Origin: an uncultured Actinomycetes bacterium
Lineage (GTDB): Bacteria; Actinomycetota; Thermoleophilia; RBG-16-64-13
DNA length: 64,000 bases
Assembly: GCA_963706025.1 (NCBI GenBank)
Contig: CAVPLM010000005.1
Coordinates: forward strand, 352,001-416,000
Reading direction: 5' to 3'
Shown here: positions 44,011-53,920 of the stretch, piece by piece
How the letters are laid out: every line of letters begins with the position of its first letter
Numbering within the stretch: position 1 is the first letter of the stretch
Notes under the pieces: model-generated
What the model saw: the letters and a program-made list of their open reading frames with translations, nothing else
Database searches by the model: none
What the model was told of the DNA's origin: nothing
Translations under genes and position numbers: made by a program

Positions 44011-45963
44011 TCATCCCTCGGGGATGGGTGAGGATCCGACCAGTCGAATAGCGGCTGCTGCTATGGACTCAACATCCAGGCCGACGTCGCGCTGCAGGAG
44101 CTTGAGCGGGCCATGGCCCACGAAGGCGTCAGGAAGACCTAGACGCTGGACCGGCCGGCAGATGGCGCGCTCTGCCATCAACTCTAAGACGGCGGAGCCG
44201 AAGCCCCCGGCGAGGACGTTGTCTTCCAGCGTCAGCACGGCCGGATGCGCAACCAACAAGTCGCACAAGGGCTCGTCATCGAGAGGATGGATCCTCCTTA
44301 CGTTGGCGACCGAAGCGCTGACGCCTTCTTCAGACAGGTGCTCCGCTGCCTCCACGGCGGCCTGGAGCTGGGGCCCCGCTCCCAGGATCAACAAGTCGGG
44401 GCCCTGGCGGAGGACTTCGACCCAGGGTCCCTCCAGGGGAAGGATGGGCCGGGAGAGCGGTACCCCCAACCCGGCCGAGCGCGGATAGCGGATCATGGCC
44501 GGTCCCTCAAGACGGAGGGCGGTGGCCAGAAGTCGCTGTAATTCAGCTTCGTCTTTGGGGACGAACACAGTAAGACCCGGGATGATCCGAGAGAAGGAGA
44601 GATCGAAGGCGCCATGGTGTGTAGGACCGTCCTGTCCAACCAAGCCGGCTCGATCGACGGCGAAGACCACGGGGAGCTCCTGCAGGCATACGTCGTGGAT
44701 GATCTGATCGTACGCCCTCTGTAGGAAGGTGGAATAGATGGCCACCACGGGACGCTTCCCCGCGGCAGCAAGCCCAGCGGCGAAGCCGACGGCGTGAGCC
44801 TCGGCTATCCCGACGTCGAAGAAGCGTTCGGGCATCGCCTCTTTGAGCAGGTCGAGGCCGGTCCCGGTCGCCATAGCTGCGGTTATGCCGAGCACGCGGT
44901 CGTCCGCCCGCGCCAACTCCACCATCGCCTCGCCGAAGGCCCGAGTAAACGTCGTGGGGCCCTCTGGGTCGAGATTCTCGCCTGTGGGGACCGAGAATCG
45001 TGGAGTGCCATGGTACCGGCCGGGTTGCCTCTCGGCCGGAGGGTACCCTTTGCCTTTGACGGTCCGACAGTGGAGCAAGACGGGGCCGTTCACCGCGAGC
45101 GACCGCTTGATGCTCGCTCGGATAGCCTCGATATCGTGTCCATCGATGACACCCAGATAGGTGAAGCCAAGTTCTTCGAACAGCATGCCCGGCACCAATG
45201 CTGCCTTGATACCGTCCTTCAACTGCTCGCCTATCGCCGCGACCCGGTCTCCTACTCCCGGTAGCCTCTGGAGCCTCCTCTCCAGATCACGGCGAAAGCG
45301 ATACAGCTTGGGATCAGTCCGCAGTCGGGAAAGATAGGAGCTGAGGGCGCCCACGTTGCGCTCGATGGACATGGCGTTGTCGTTGAGGATGACCAGGACG
45401 GGCGTGCCCAGATGCCCGGCGTGGTTCAGGGCTTCAAAGGCCATCCCCCCTGTCAGGGCTCCGTCGCCTATGACCGCGACCACCCGTCCCGGGGTCGGGT
45501 CAGGTGCTTCGAAGGCTCCCTCTTCCGGTCGGACCTCCACCGACAAGCCACCGCGGAGTCTGGCTTCCGCCATGCCGACGGCGGCACTGATGGAGCTGCT
45601 GCTGTGCCCGGTACCGTACGCGTCAAACGGGCTTTCGGTCCGACAAGGAAACCCGGAGAGTCCTCCATAGGTGCGGATCGAACGGAACTCGCGCAGTCTG
45701 CCGGTCAGCAGCTTGTGCGCATACGACTGATGCCCTACGTCCCAGATGATCGCGTCTCGTGGAGTCTGGAGTTCCGCGTGAAGGGCGATGGTCAGCTCGA
45801 CCACTCCCAGACTGGCACCCAGATGGCCCCCGTTGTGAGAGATAGTGGCGATGATCTCCTCGCGCACTTCGGAAGCGACGACCCGCAGGGCTGCGGGGTC
45901 CAGGGTCCGTAGGTCCGCGGGCAGGTCGAGCTGGTCGATGAGTCTAGCGTTATCTGCGGTCAT
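44011..45963 (-). CDS. dxs: 1-deoxy-D-xylulose-5-phosphate synthase
   Basis: GGHLGASLG, WDVGHQ, GDGALTGGMAFEALN, DVGIAE, YSTFLQRAYDQ, DGPTHHG; ATG 45963 overlaps the nusB stop. Confidence 0.95.
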   Translation of the reverse strand: MTADNARLIDQLDLPADLRTLDPAALRVVASEVREEIIATISHNGGHLGASLGVVELTIALHAELQTPRDAIIWDVGHQSYAHKLLTGRLREFRSIRTYGGLSGFPCRTESPFDAYGTGHSSSSISAAVGMAEARLRGGLSVEVRPEEGAFEAPDPTPGRVVAVIGDGALTGGMAFEALNHAGHLGTPVLVILNDNAMSIERNVGALSSYLSRLRTDPKLYRFRRDLERRLQRLPGVGDRVAAIGEQLKDGIKAALVPGMLFEELGFTYLGVIDGHDIEAIRASIKRSLAVNGPVLLHCRTVKGKGYPPAERQPGRYHGTPRFSVPTGENLDPEGPTTFTRAFGEAMVELARADDRVLGITAAMATGTGLDLLKEAMPERFFDVGIAEAHAVGFAAGLAAAGKRPVVAIYSTFLQRAYDQIIHDVCLQELPVVFAVDRAGLVGQDGPTHHGAFDLSFSRIIPGLTVFVPKDEAELQRLLATALRLEGPAMIRYPRSAGLGVPLSRPILPLEGPWVEVLRQGPDLLILGAGPQLQAAVEAAEHLSEEGVSASVANVRRIHPLDDEPLCDLLVAHPAVLTLEDNVLAGGFGSAVLELMAERAICRPVQRLGLPDAFVGHGPLKLLQRDVGLDVESIAAAAIRLVGSSPIPEG

Positions 45964-46415
45964 GTCGTTCTTCTCGGGTCCGGCTCCCCAGGGCCGCGGA
46001 TCTCGCTGATGCGGTCCTTCTCCGAAACCGCCAAGGAGCCGAGCACGCCGTTCACAAGGGCGGCCGCCTCGTCGGAGCAGAAGCGCTTCGCCAATTCCAC
46101 CGCCTCGTTTATTGCCACTGCTTCCGGCACACCGGATTCCCACAGCAGTTCGTAGGTCGCCAGTCTCAGTATCGCCCGCTCCAGGGTGCCCAGACGCTCC
46201 AGGCTCCATCCGGCTACATGGGGCTGGAGGATAGCATCAATGGCAGTATGCTCCTCCGCCACGCCCAGGACCAGGCCACGCGCGTATGGATCGATATCGG
46301 CGCCGTCTCCACCTTCCAGGGCGGCCTGCCAGTCTCGTCCCAGTAGATCCTGCTGGTAGAGGATGAAGACGGTCTGACGTCGCGCACTTCTTCGCCCCGC
46401 GGACACGACGGACAA
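45960..46415 (-). CDS. nusB: Transcription antitermination factor NusB
   Basis: RRSARR...LYQ, WSLERL, ILRLA.YEL, AINEAVELAK.F, VNGVL. Confidence 0.93.
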   Translation of the reverse strand: MSVVSAGRRSARRQTVFILYQQDLLGRDWQAALEGGDGADIDPYARGLVLGVAEEHTAIDAILQPHVAGWSLERLGTLERAILRLATYELLWESGVPEAVAINEAVELAKRFCSDEAAALVNGVLGSLAVSEKDRISEIRGPGEPDPRRTT

Positions 46416-46418
46416 CGA

Positions 46419-46721
46419 TCAGACGCCCGCCGGGAACACGCCGCTCCACACGACATCGACCCCGATAACGGCCAGACCGGTCATGTGGTCCAAAGCTGCG
46501 GCTATCTTCTGGCGCGTCCCGTCGGCCAACGAGGGTAGATTCTCGCCCAAGCGGGCATCCAGATGCACCGTCACACGGCACTCCTGACCATCTACCTCGA
46601 CCATGACCGGATGAGTCCTTACCAGCGGCAGGGGGGCGTGCACCCGCAGTCGCTCGTCATCCTCCAGTGATCCGCGGACGATAGCTTCGAGCACGGAAGT
46701 GGCTATCAAATACTCAGTCAT
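46419..46721 (-). CDS. Asp23/Gls24-family protein
   Basis: Q.KIAAALDHMTGLAVIGVDV motif; efp-asp23-nusB synteny. Confidence 0.75.
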   Translation of the reverse strand: MTEYLIATSVLEAIVRGSLEDDERLRVHAPLPLVRTHPVMVEVDGQECRVTVHLDARLGENLPSLADGTRQKIAAALDHMTGLAVIGVDVVWSGVFPAGV

Positions 46722-46741
46722 AACAATGCCTCGCGCGTTCT

Positions 46742-47299
46742 CTAGGCCCTGGTGACGTACTCTCGCGTGCGGGTATCGACCCGCACCACATCCCCGGGTT
46801 CGATAAAGAGAGGAACCTGGACGACTGCTCCGGTCTCGAGGACCGCCTCCTTGGACCCCCCCGACACCGTGTCGCCCCTGACTCCGGCGGCCGTCTCGGT
46901 GACCTTCAGGTCGACGAAAGTGGGAAGCTCCACATCAAAGGGGTCCCCGTCGATGTAGACCAGGTCGACCTGCATGTTCACTGTCATAAGGTCGAAACGA
47001 TCCGCAAGCGTGCTTTTGGGCACGGCCAGCTGCTCGAACGACGCTGAGTCCATGAACACTACCTGGTCGGAGTCTTCGTAGATGTAGGTCATCGGCCGGC
47101 TCTCGGTGCGTAGCTGGTCGAACTTCTGTTCCGGACGGAAGGTCCGGTCGATCAGAGCACCGGTGACTACATTGCGCAACTTCGTACGCACGAACGCCCC
47201 ACCTTTGCCCGGCTTGACATGTTGGTACTCGGCTATGCGGTAGATTTCGCCCTCGTACCTGACAGTCATGCCTACTTTGAATTGATTGGTTGAGATCAC
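46742..47299 (-). CDS. efp: Elongation factor P
   Basis: QHVKPGKGGAFVRTKL, RGDT, LETG..VQVPLFI..GD...VDTR..EY. Confidence 0.96.
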   Translation of the reverse strand: MISTNQFKVGMTVRYEGEIYRIAEYQHVKPGKGGAFVRTKLRNVVTGALIDRTFRPEQKFDQLRTESRPMTYIYEDSDQVVFMDSASFEQLAVPKSTLADRFDLMTVNMQVDLVYIDGDPFDVELPTFVDLKVTETAAGVRGDTVSGGSKEAVLETGAVVQVPLFIEPGDVVRVDTRTREYVTRA

Positions 47300-47396
47300 G
47301 AGCCCGGCCTCCAGCGACTGCTGCTTGTACTACTACCTTCCGAACGTGCCTTTTGCGCCGGTGCATTGTACACCACCGGGTGGCTTTGCACGCCGT

Positions 47397-47843
47397 TCAG
47401 CCGCCTGCCAGGGAGATAAGACGGCGCGCCGCGTCGATATATCCATCCGGTCCCCTGCCCGCTATGACGAAGGTCGCCACGGGCGAGATCACGGAAATAC
47501 GGCGCCAGTCCTCCCGGCTGCTGATGTCCGAAAGATGCACTTCGGCGATGGGGCAGGTGACGACTTCCAGGGCATCTCGTACAGCGTAGCTGTAGTGGGT
47601 CCAAGCGCCAGGATTGACAAGAAGAGCCCCTGCGTGACGGAACTCGTGGATGAACTCGACGTACCGCCCTTCGTAGTTGGTCTGCCGGCAGATACAGGCC
47701 CAGCCCAGACGCTCGACCTCCTCGGAGACCAACCGTTCCAGCGCCGCCAGGGTGATCGCACCGTAGTGGGCAGCCGGACGCTCACCCAGCAGGTTGAGAT
47801 TGACTCCGTTCAAGACCACGAGTTGATTGGGGCGGTCGCTCAT
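47397..47843 (-). CDS. aroQ: Type II 3-dehydroquinate dehydratase
   Basis: LNGVNLNLLGER...YG, QTNYEG, NPGAWTHYS, EVHLS..SRE. Confidence 0.93.
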   Translation of the reverse strand: MSDRPNQLVVLNGVNLNLLGERPAAHYGAITLAALERLVSEEVERLGWACICRQTNYEGRYVEFIHEFRHAGALLVNPGAWTHYSYAVRDALEVVTCPIAEVHLSDISSREDWRRISVISPVATFVIAGRGPDGYIDAARRLISLAGG

Positions 47844-49456
47844 GCTCTGATGACCTCCACGCATTGCGCGAGCAGATGGGCGGGCACGTCCATGCCCCAC
47901 ACCGGCTCTCCGATCGCCCGCAACCCTACGAAGCCGGTGGAACCGGCGACTACCTTCTTGTCCCGAGAGACGGCGTTGAGGACCCCGTCGACATCCGCCA
48001 AGGGTAGGGCCGTCGAGAGACCGAGTCCTGTCATCAGGGCGTGGGTGCGCTCGCGCACCGAGCGATCGAGCCCCAGCAACCGTTCGCTCACCGCCAGGGA
48101 TACCAGCGTGCCCAGAGCCACGGCTCGTCCATGGCTGATCGAGCCGTAGCCCTCAGTCACCTCGACTGCGTGCGCGATCGTATGGCCCAGGTTGAGCACG
48201 GCCCGGCGGCCCCTGTCGAGCTCGTCTTCTTCCACCACTCGCGCCTTGTAGCCGACGCAGGTCTTGACCAGACTGCCCACAAGTGCCGGATCGCGGGCGA
48301 TAACGGCGTCCGCCTCCTCCTCGAGTCTCCCGAACAGGGCCTCCGAGTGAAGCAGCCCGTATTTGACCACTTCCCCTAGGCCGCTCGTGTACTCCTGATC
48401 CGGGAGGGTGCTGAGGGTGTCGGGGTCGATCAAGACCACATCCGGTTGATAGAAAGACCCGGCCAGGTTCTTGCCCGCTTTGAGGTTGATCGCGGTTTTT
48501 CCCCCGACGCTCGAATCGACCTGAGCGAGCAGACTGGTGGGGATCTGCCACAGGGAGATTCCCCTGTGGTAGGTAGAAGCGGAGAAGCCGACAAGATCGC
48601 CGATCACCCCCCCTCCCAGGGCTACGGCGGTGTCGTCGCGGCGCGCGCCATGCTCAGCCAGCCAATCCCAACAGCGCTCGAGGGAGCGTGCGCTCTTGCT
48701 CCCTTCGCCGAAGGGCAGAACGAGCGGACCCTGTCCAGGGCACGTTTCGGCTAGGTGAGAGAGTACAGTCTCCCCCCAGAGTCGCATGACGTTGTCGTCA
48801 GTGAAGACGAACCAGCGTGAACCTCTTTCCGAGGCGGCAGCGGCAAGTCGCTCCAGACACGAAAGCGACCCGCTGCCTCCCATGATTAGGGAGGATCTGC
48901 CGGTGGATACCATCCAGCGGCCCCACATCCCGACGCGCTGCGCACCCGCGATGCGGACGATTTCGACGATGCCCCCTGCCAGTTCCTCCACCGTCCTGCC
49001 GCCCACCGGGACGACCCAATCCGCCACCTCCTCGTACCTGGCCTTTCGCTTGACCAGCAGGCTCTCGAACTCGCGCCGGTCTCGAGCCAGGGGGCGACCG
49101 CTTCCTTTCACCCGCGACCAGGCTTCGGCTGCGGAAGTCTCGAGGTATGCCACTTGCCCTCGACCGCGAAGCAGGGCCGCTGCTTCATCGTTCTCCAGGG
49201 TTCCTCCCCCAAGAGCCAGCACCAGCCCACTGTCCTCCGCTCTGTCGGATAGGAGAGCCGCGAGGAGTTGGCTCTCGCGAGCCCTGAAGGCCGACTCGCC
49301 CCTCGTAGCGAAGAGGGCCTCGATGGTGACCCCCTCCGCTTCGACGATCTCGGCATCCAGGTCGAGGAAGCGCCACCCCAGTAGGTCCGCGGCCCTCTCG
49401 CCGACTGCCGTCTTGCCGCTGCCCATGAACCCAGTCAGGGCTAGGAGCGGCGCCAC
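47840..49456 (-). CDS. aroB: Shikimate kinase / 3-dehydroquinate synthase fusion (AroK-AroB)
   Basis: GFMGSGKT, GESAFR, LGGG, RPL; then GGGVIGDLVGF, PTSLLAQVDSSVGGKT, LNLGHT, HG. Confidence 0.92.
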   Translation of the reverse strand: MAPLLALTGFMGSGKTAVGERAADLLGWRFLDLDAEIVEAEGVTIEALFATRGESAFRARESQLLAALLSDRAEDSGLVLALGGGTLENDEAAALLRGRGQVAYLETSAAEAWSRVKGSGRPLARDRREFESLLVKRKARYEEVADWVVPVGGRTVEELAGGIVEIVRIAGAQRVGMWGRWMVSTGRSSLIMGGSGSLSCLERLAAAASERGSRWFVFTDDNVMRLWGETVLSHLAETCPGQGPLVLPFGEGSKSARSLERCWDWLAEHGARRDDTAVALGGGVIGDLVGFSASTYHRGISLWQIPTSLLAQVDSSVGGKTAINLKAGKNLAGSFYQPDVVLIDPDTLSTLPDQEYTSGLGEVVKYGLLHSEALFGRLEEEADAVIARDPALVGSLVKTCVGYKARVVEEDELDRGRRAVLNLGHTIAHAVEVTEGYGSISHGRAVALGTLVSLAVSERLLGLDRSVRERTHALMTGLGLSTALPLADVDGVLNAVSRDKKVVAGSTGFVGLRAIGEPVWGMDVPAHLLAQCVEVIRA

Positions 49457-50652
49457 AGTCCGCGCTCCTCCAGGGTTTCTTCGTAGGCGAGGAGGGCCGC
49501 CCGCAACTGCTCAAGGCTATCGCCCCCGAATTTCTCCAAGTAGGCCTCAGCGAGGACGAGGGCGACCATGGCCTCCCCCACCACCCGAGCGGCCGGCACG
49601 GCCACCACATCACTACGTTCAACGTGGGCATCAGCAGGGCGAAGGGTCTCCACATCAACTGAAGGGAGGGGCGCAATGAGCGTGGAGATCGGTTTCATCG
49701 CGGCGCGCAGCACCACGGGCATCCCCGTGGTCATGCCTCCCTCGATCCCACCTGCGCGGTTGGTCTCCCTTCCGACCCAGCGGCTGCCGTCTTCGTCTCG
49801 GAGGACGATGGCGTCGTGGACCAAAGAGCCGGGCCGAGCGGCATTCGCGTAACCCTGTCCGATCTCAACGGCCTTGATGGCGGGAATACTGCCAAGCGCG
49901 CCCAGGAGCCTAGCGTCCAGGCGGTCCACCGGCCGGGCATATCCTCCCAGGCCGGGGCACAGACCCCAGGACCAGATCTCGAACACCCCGCCCAGCGTGT
50001 CCCCTGCCTCTCGAGCCTGGTCGATCGCCTCGCACATGGCGGCCGACGCCGCCGCGTCATCGCAACCTACTGCCGAGTCATAGGCTGCGTTCCAGTCGAT
50101 CAGGTCGGGACGAGCGAAATCGGCGCTCTCAGCCAGGCCGATCGGACCGATACGGATGACCCGTCCGCGCACCGTCACGCCCAACTCGCTCAGAAGACGC
50201 CTGCAGATGGCTCCTCCGGCTACCCGTCCGACCGTCTCGCGGGCGCTTGCACGCTCAAGAACATCCCTGACGTCGTGGTGACCGTACTTGGCCAGACCAC
50301 TCAGGTCTGCATGGCCGGGACGAGGGACGGTGACACGCGGGCGTTCGGCGGTCTCGTGATCCTGCGGTGGTTCCGGAGACATCACAGCCAGCCAATTGGT
50401 GTGGTCCCTATTCTCGACCACGACACATATAGGGGTGCCGAGCGTGCGGCCCTGGCGAACACCAGCAAGAAAGCGACAACGGTCGGTTTCGATCGACATG
50501 CGGAGTCCTCGCCCGTACCCCTGTTGCCTTCGGCCGAGGTCGACATCGATGTCCGTTCGGGTGAGAGCCAGTCCCGCCGGCACTCCCTCGAGCACGCATA
50601 CCTCGGCGGGCCCATGTGACTCTCCCGCTGTAGTCAGACGGAGGGTGCTCAC
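49441..50652 (-). CDS. aroC: Chorismate synthase
   Basis: TAGESHG, RRQQGYGRG, RPGHAD, ERASARET, N.AGGIEGG, MKPISTL, ERSD. Confidence 0.96.
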   Translation of the reverse strand: MSTLRLTTAGESHGPAEVCVLEGVPAGLALTRTDIDVDLGRRQQGYGRGLRMSIETDRCRFLAGVRQGRTLGTPICVVVENRDHTNWLAVMSPEPPQDHETAERPRVTVPRPGHADLSGLAKYGHHDVRDVLERASARETVGRVAGGAICRRLLSELGVTVRGRVIRIGPIGLAESADFARPDLIDWNAAYDSAVGCDDAAASAAMCEAIDQAREAGDTLGGVFEIWSWGLCPGLGGYARPVDRLDARLLGALGSIPAIKAVEIGQGYANAARPGSLVHDAIVLRDEDGSRWVGRETNRAGGIEGGMTTGMPVVLRAAMKPISTLIAPLPSVDVETLRPADAHVERSDVVAVPAARVVGEAMVALVLAEAYLEKFGGDSLEQLRAALLAYEETLEERGLWRRS

Positions 50653-50731
50653 ATCCCCTTCCTCAAGGTAACGGCGCCTGTCGGCGCCGGTTCAAGCTTA
50701 CAGACGAAGGCGCACGATCGCTGCAACGGCG

Positions 50732-51355
50732 CTACTCGTAGACCACCGATCCGACGGTGAGGACGCGTGTCTCGCTCCCATGAAGGAGGGTCACGACCTT
50801 GCTGGTGCTGTTGATATCGAGCACCTGGATCTGACCCCAACTGCTCGAGACCACGTCGCCCTCCCGTTTGTCCTTGAAGATGCTGCTGTCCACTTGGAAG
50901 GTGACAGCATCGGCGCCGCCGACCACGCCCACCGCGAGGATCTTGAGGAAGTGAACGCGCACCGCGGTCGTGGTGGTGGTCGAGGTGGGCTTCGTGGTGC
51001 TCGTCGTCGGGTACCGGGTGGTGGTCGTGTACCGCGTCGTGGTCGTGTAGTAAGTCGTGCCGGTCGTGTTGGAGCTTGGGGAGGTAGTGGCCGTCGTGCT
51101 GGTGCTTGGCGGGACTGCCTGCTGAACGAACGGATCCTTGCTGCTGAAGGTGGAGAACGCCTCCGCGTCAAGCGCGAACAAAGGTACGGCGGTCGTGGCG
51201 GTGGCGACCGCCTGCGCGCTGCTCTGCGAGGTCACCGCGCTTTCGGTGGTCGCCGTGTCGTCGTTCCCGCCAAAGCACCCGGCGACCACTGCGCTGAGGG
51301 CCAAGGCGAGAAGGACCGCTACGATGACCGACTGATGAAGCTTAGGCTTCAACAC
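50732..51355 (-). CDS. Thr-rich putative lipoprotein in pilP position
   Basis: Lipobox VAGC, KDPF motif, Thr-rich linker, C-terminal beta domain; directly downstream of pilO. Confidence 0.7.
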   Translation of the reverse strand: MLKPKLHQSVIVAVLLALALSAVVAGCFGGNDDTATTESAVTSQSSAQAVATATTAVPLFALDAEAFSTFSSKDPFVQQAVPPSTSTTATTSPSSNTTGTTYYTTTTRYTTTTRYPTTSTTKPTSTTTTTAVRVHFLKILAVGVVGGADAVTFQVDSSIFKDKREGDVVSSSWGQIQVLDINSTSKVVTLLHGSETRVLTVGSVVYE

Positions 51356-51361
51356 ATCCTC

Positions 51362-52042
51362 CTACAAACCACCGGGACTGGTCGTGGTCGTTGTCTCACC
51401 GGAACTCGGCTCGGGTGCAGTGGAGCCCGTCGCGCCCGTCGCGGGAGCCTGGGCGGCGGTCGCGGCCGGGGCTGCCATCTGAAACGCGTAGAGAGCCATG
51501 TTCACGGCGAGCTCAGGGCTGACGGCAGCACTGGACCCAGATCCTTCCGTCTCTGCAGCCAATTGCAGATCAAGATTCTTGACCGCGAGCAATCGTCCTG
51601 GTCCCGCCACCATCTGTTCCGCCCGGTAGACGAAATCGCTGAGATCGAAATAGGTCCCTGTGAATTCGAGTGCAAGGGGAACGATGTCAAAACCCCCCGA
51701 TTGCACGGGAGCGCCGGGAGTGATGGCGATGAAGGCGATACCTGACTGGTCCGCGAGATCCTGGATCTGAAGGAGAAGGCTGGGGATCTGCTCGCCTTCG
51801 GGTACCATCTTCGCCAACTCCAGCAACCTACCTCGATTCTTCTCACCGTCTTCCCGGATAGCTTCCGCTTGAGCCAGTTCTGCTTGAGCCGCGGTAAGCG
51901 CTGCGCGTTCGGTCTCGATGGAGGCCTCGACCGAGGCAATGTCCTGTCTTAGAGGGTTGATCAAGAAGAACCAAGCCAGCACCACGATGACGAGTAGGAC
52001 CACACCGACGATTATGAGGCGAAGCGTGCGGTTCACGGTCAC
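51362..52042 (-). CDS. pilO: Type IV pilus assembly protein PilO
   Basis: TM, coiled coil, VP....IPSLLLQIQDLA..SGI, L.FTGTY..L.DF, RLL. Confidence 0.88.
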   Translation of the reverse strand: MTVNRTLRLIIVGVVLLVIVVLAWFFLINPLRQDIASVEASIETERAALTAAQAELAQAEAIREDGEKNRGRLLELAKMVPEGEQIPSLLLQIQDLADQSGIAFIAITPGAPVQSGGFDIVPLALEFTGTYFDLSDFVYRAEQMVAGPGRLLAVKNLDLQLAAETEGSGSSAAVSPELAVNMALYAFQMAAPAATAAQAPATGATGSTAPEPSSGETTTTTSPGGL

Positions 52043-52701
52043 TCCACCTCCACCTGACTGAGAGGGAGCGGGGTGTCGGTACTCTCCGGGCCGTCGACCA
52101 CGGCATCGATGGAAAAGCCCTTGACCTCGATCTCCGGATCTGTGGTTCCACGAGGCAGACCGGCCGATACGAGGTTGACTCCCGAGAGGGAAGGTACCAA
52201 TTGGAGTCGGACGAGCACCTGCGCGATCTCCTGGAAACTATAGGTGTTGCCTTCGATGCTGATCTCGTTGTCACCGGCCTCAGCCGGGGCGGATTGGCCT
52301 CCTTCCGCTGCGGCGCCGGAAGACTTGGGATCCAATGTGGTCAGCGCAATCGTCTGGAACCAGGCGTTCTCGGGCACAACCAGGCTGATGGCGTCCAGAA
52401 TGTCCGAGACCAAGGTGCGACTTGAATAGATCCCTTGCACGACCTCTTCGGCCTCGGCCCGATCGCGTTGGATGTCGCCGTATTGCTGGAGCTCCGCCAG
52501 CTGACCCTGGAGCACAGCGTTCTGTTGCTGCAGGTCGGCCAGTTCTTGCTCACGATCGGTCAGGGTGTTGTTGAGGAGGTAGTAACCGAATCCTATGGCG
52601 AAGATCACGACGATGGCCGCGCCTAGCAGTGCCAACAAGCCCACGTCGGTGGCCGTTCTCGACCTCTCAGACGGGGGGACCAGGTTTACTCGCCGAGCCA
52701 T
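52039..52701 (-). CDS. pilN: Type IV pilus assembly protein PilN
   Basis: MARRVNLVP (INLLP-like), TM, coiled coil, VP..AWF, ISIEG. Confidence 0.88.
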   Translation of the reverse strand: MARRVNLVPPSERSRTATDVGLLALLGAAIVVIFAIGFGYYLLNNTLTDREQELADLQQQNAVLQGQLAELQQYGDIQRDRAEAEEVVQGIYSSRTLVSDILDAISLVVPENAWFQTIALTTLDPKSSGAAAEGGQSAPAEAGDNEISIEGNTYSFQEIAQVLVRLQLVPSLSGVNLVSAGLPRGTTDPEIEVKGFSIDAVVDGPESTDTPLPLSQVEVE

Positions 52702-52702
52702 C

Positions 52703-53812
52703 CTATTCGTCTCCGGCCAGCGCGAGGCCGATCGAGACTGCCAGCGAGGGCGCCACGAATGCCAGGTTGGCATCCGGGACGTCCGAAACGTTCTGGGAGA
52801 TATGGACAAGGGGGTTGCCCAAGGTTACCGGTATCGCCAGGGCCTCGCTCAGGTGGGCATCCAGGTTCCTGACGAGCGCTCCCCGTCCACTCAGTATGAG
52901 GTCCACGACTCTCGGCGCGTGCTCCTGCCCCTGGTAGTAGTCGAACGATCTGCGGATCTCATCACTCAGTTCCGATGCCTCTAGTCCAAGCCGCTTATGG
53001 GTATCGGCGACCACGTCCTCTGGGTAGTATTCCGCGTCGGCCGGCAAGGGTCCCGGAAGACCCAAGCGCTGGACCATCGTCTGGGCGTCGGCATACGGAA
53101 TGGCCCGCTGCTCGCTGAGAGCACGCGGGAAGCGATCGCTCGAGAAGTTGATGATGCGCGTGAATTTCAAGACCCCGTCCACGGCTACCACCAGCGTGGA
53201 CACGGACGACGAGATATCCGCGATCCCCCGGCACGTCCCCCCGCCCGGAGTCTCTCCAAGAAAAGAGGCGGGTGGAAGAAGGGCACGGATGAGTGCCAGG
53301 CTGGAAACGTCGATGCCGGCGACTTTGAGGCCGGCCTGTTTCAGCGCACCAAGAAGGGTGCCTATCATCGTCCTCTGGGCCGCGACCAGTAGCACCTCCT
53401 GGCGGGCAGACCCATCCGGATTCACCCGCTTTCCGACCACTTGGAAGTCGAGCACGACTTCGTCCACAGGAATGGGGATGTAGTCCTGGGCCTGGAACTC
53501 GATGGCGCCCCGCAACTCCTCTTCGGTCATCTCCGACATGTCGATATTCCGGACGATGACTTTCTGGTTGCTGACCCCCACCTGAACGGAGCGGCCACGC
53601 AGCTTGTACTGGTTGACAAGAGCCTTGAGCTCACGCGCGAAAAGGTCGCCGTCGACTATCTCCCCATCTACCACCAGCCCCTCAGGCAGCGGCCAGTCGA
53701 AATACTGGCGCAACTTGAGGCTGCCGGGATCTCCGGCTACGTGAAGCGCGACGATGTTGGAACCTCCGACATCGAGCACCCATTGCCCCGATTGGTGAAA
53801 GCCTAAAGCCAT
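52703..53812 (-). CDS. pilM: Type IV pilus assembly protein PilM
   Basis: LDVG, GLVVDGEI, IEFQAQDYIPIP..EVVLDFQ, VLLVAA, EIRRSFDYY, IGLAL. Confidence 0.9.
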   Translation of the reverse strand: MALGFHQSGQWVLDVGGSNIVALHVAGDPGSLKLRQYFDWPLPEGLVVDGEIVDGDLFARELKALVNQYKLRGRSVQVGVSNQKVIVRNIDMSEMTEEELRGAIEFQAQDYIPIPVDEVVLDFQVVGKRVNPDGSARQEVLLVAAQRTMIGTLLGALKQAGLKVAGIDVSSLALIRALLPPASFLGETPGGGTCRGIADISSSVSTLVVAVDGVLKFTRIINFSSDRFPRALSEQRAIPYADAQTMVQRLGLPGPLPADAEYYPEDVVADTHKRLGLEASELSDEIRRSFDYYQGQEHAPRVVDLILSGRGALVRNLDAHLSEALAIPVTLGNPLVHISQNVSDVPDANLAFVAPSLAVSIGLALAGDE

Positions 53813-53920
53813 CGGCTCACCTCGACCCCGCGCTCAGATTCGCCCTCGTTTGCTTGTACACTCTAAACTCTATCACGCCTAACAACACGAGCAATCACCT
53901 TTTGCACAATCTTGTTCGGG

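Noticed and set aside
47840-49456. AroK-AroB fusion as a novelty
   Set aside because: Widely known bifunctional arrangement
50960-51110. Short tandem GTCGTG/GTGGTC repeats as a CRISPR-like or non-coding array
   Set aside because: They are Thr codons of the lipoprotein linker; no repeat-spacer structure
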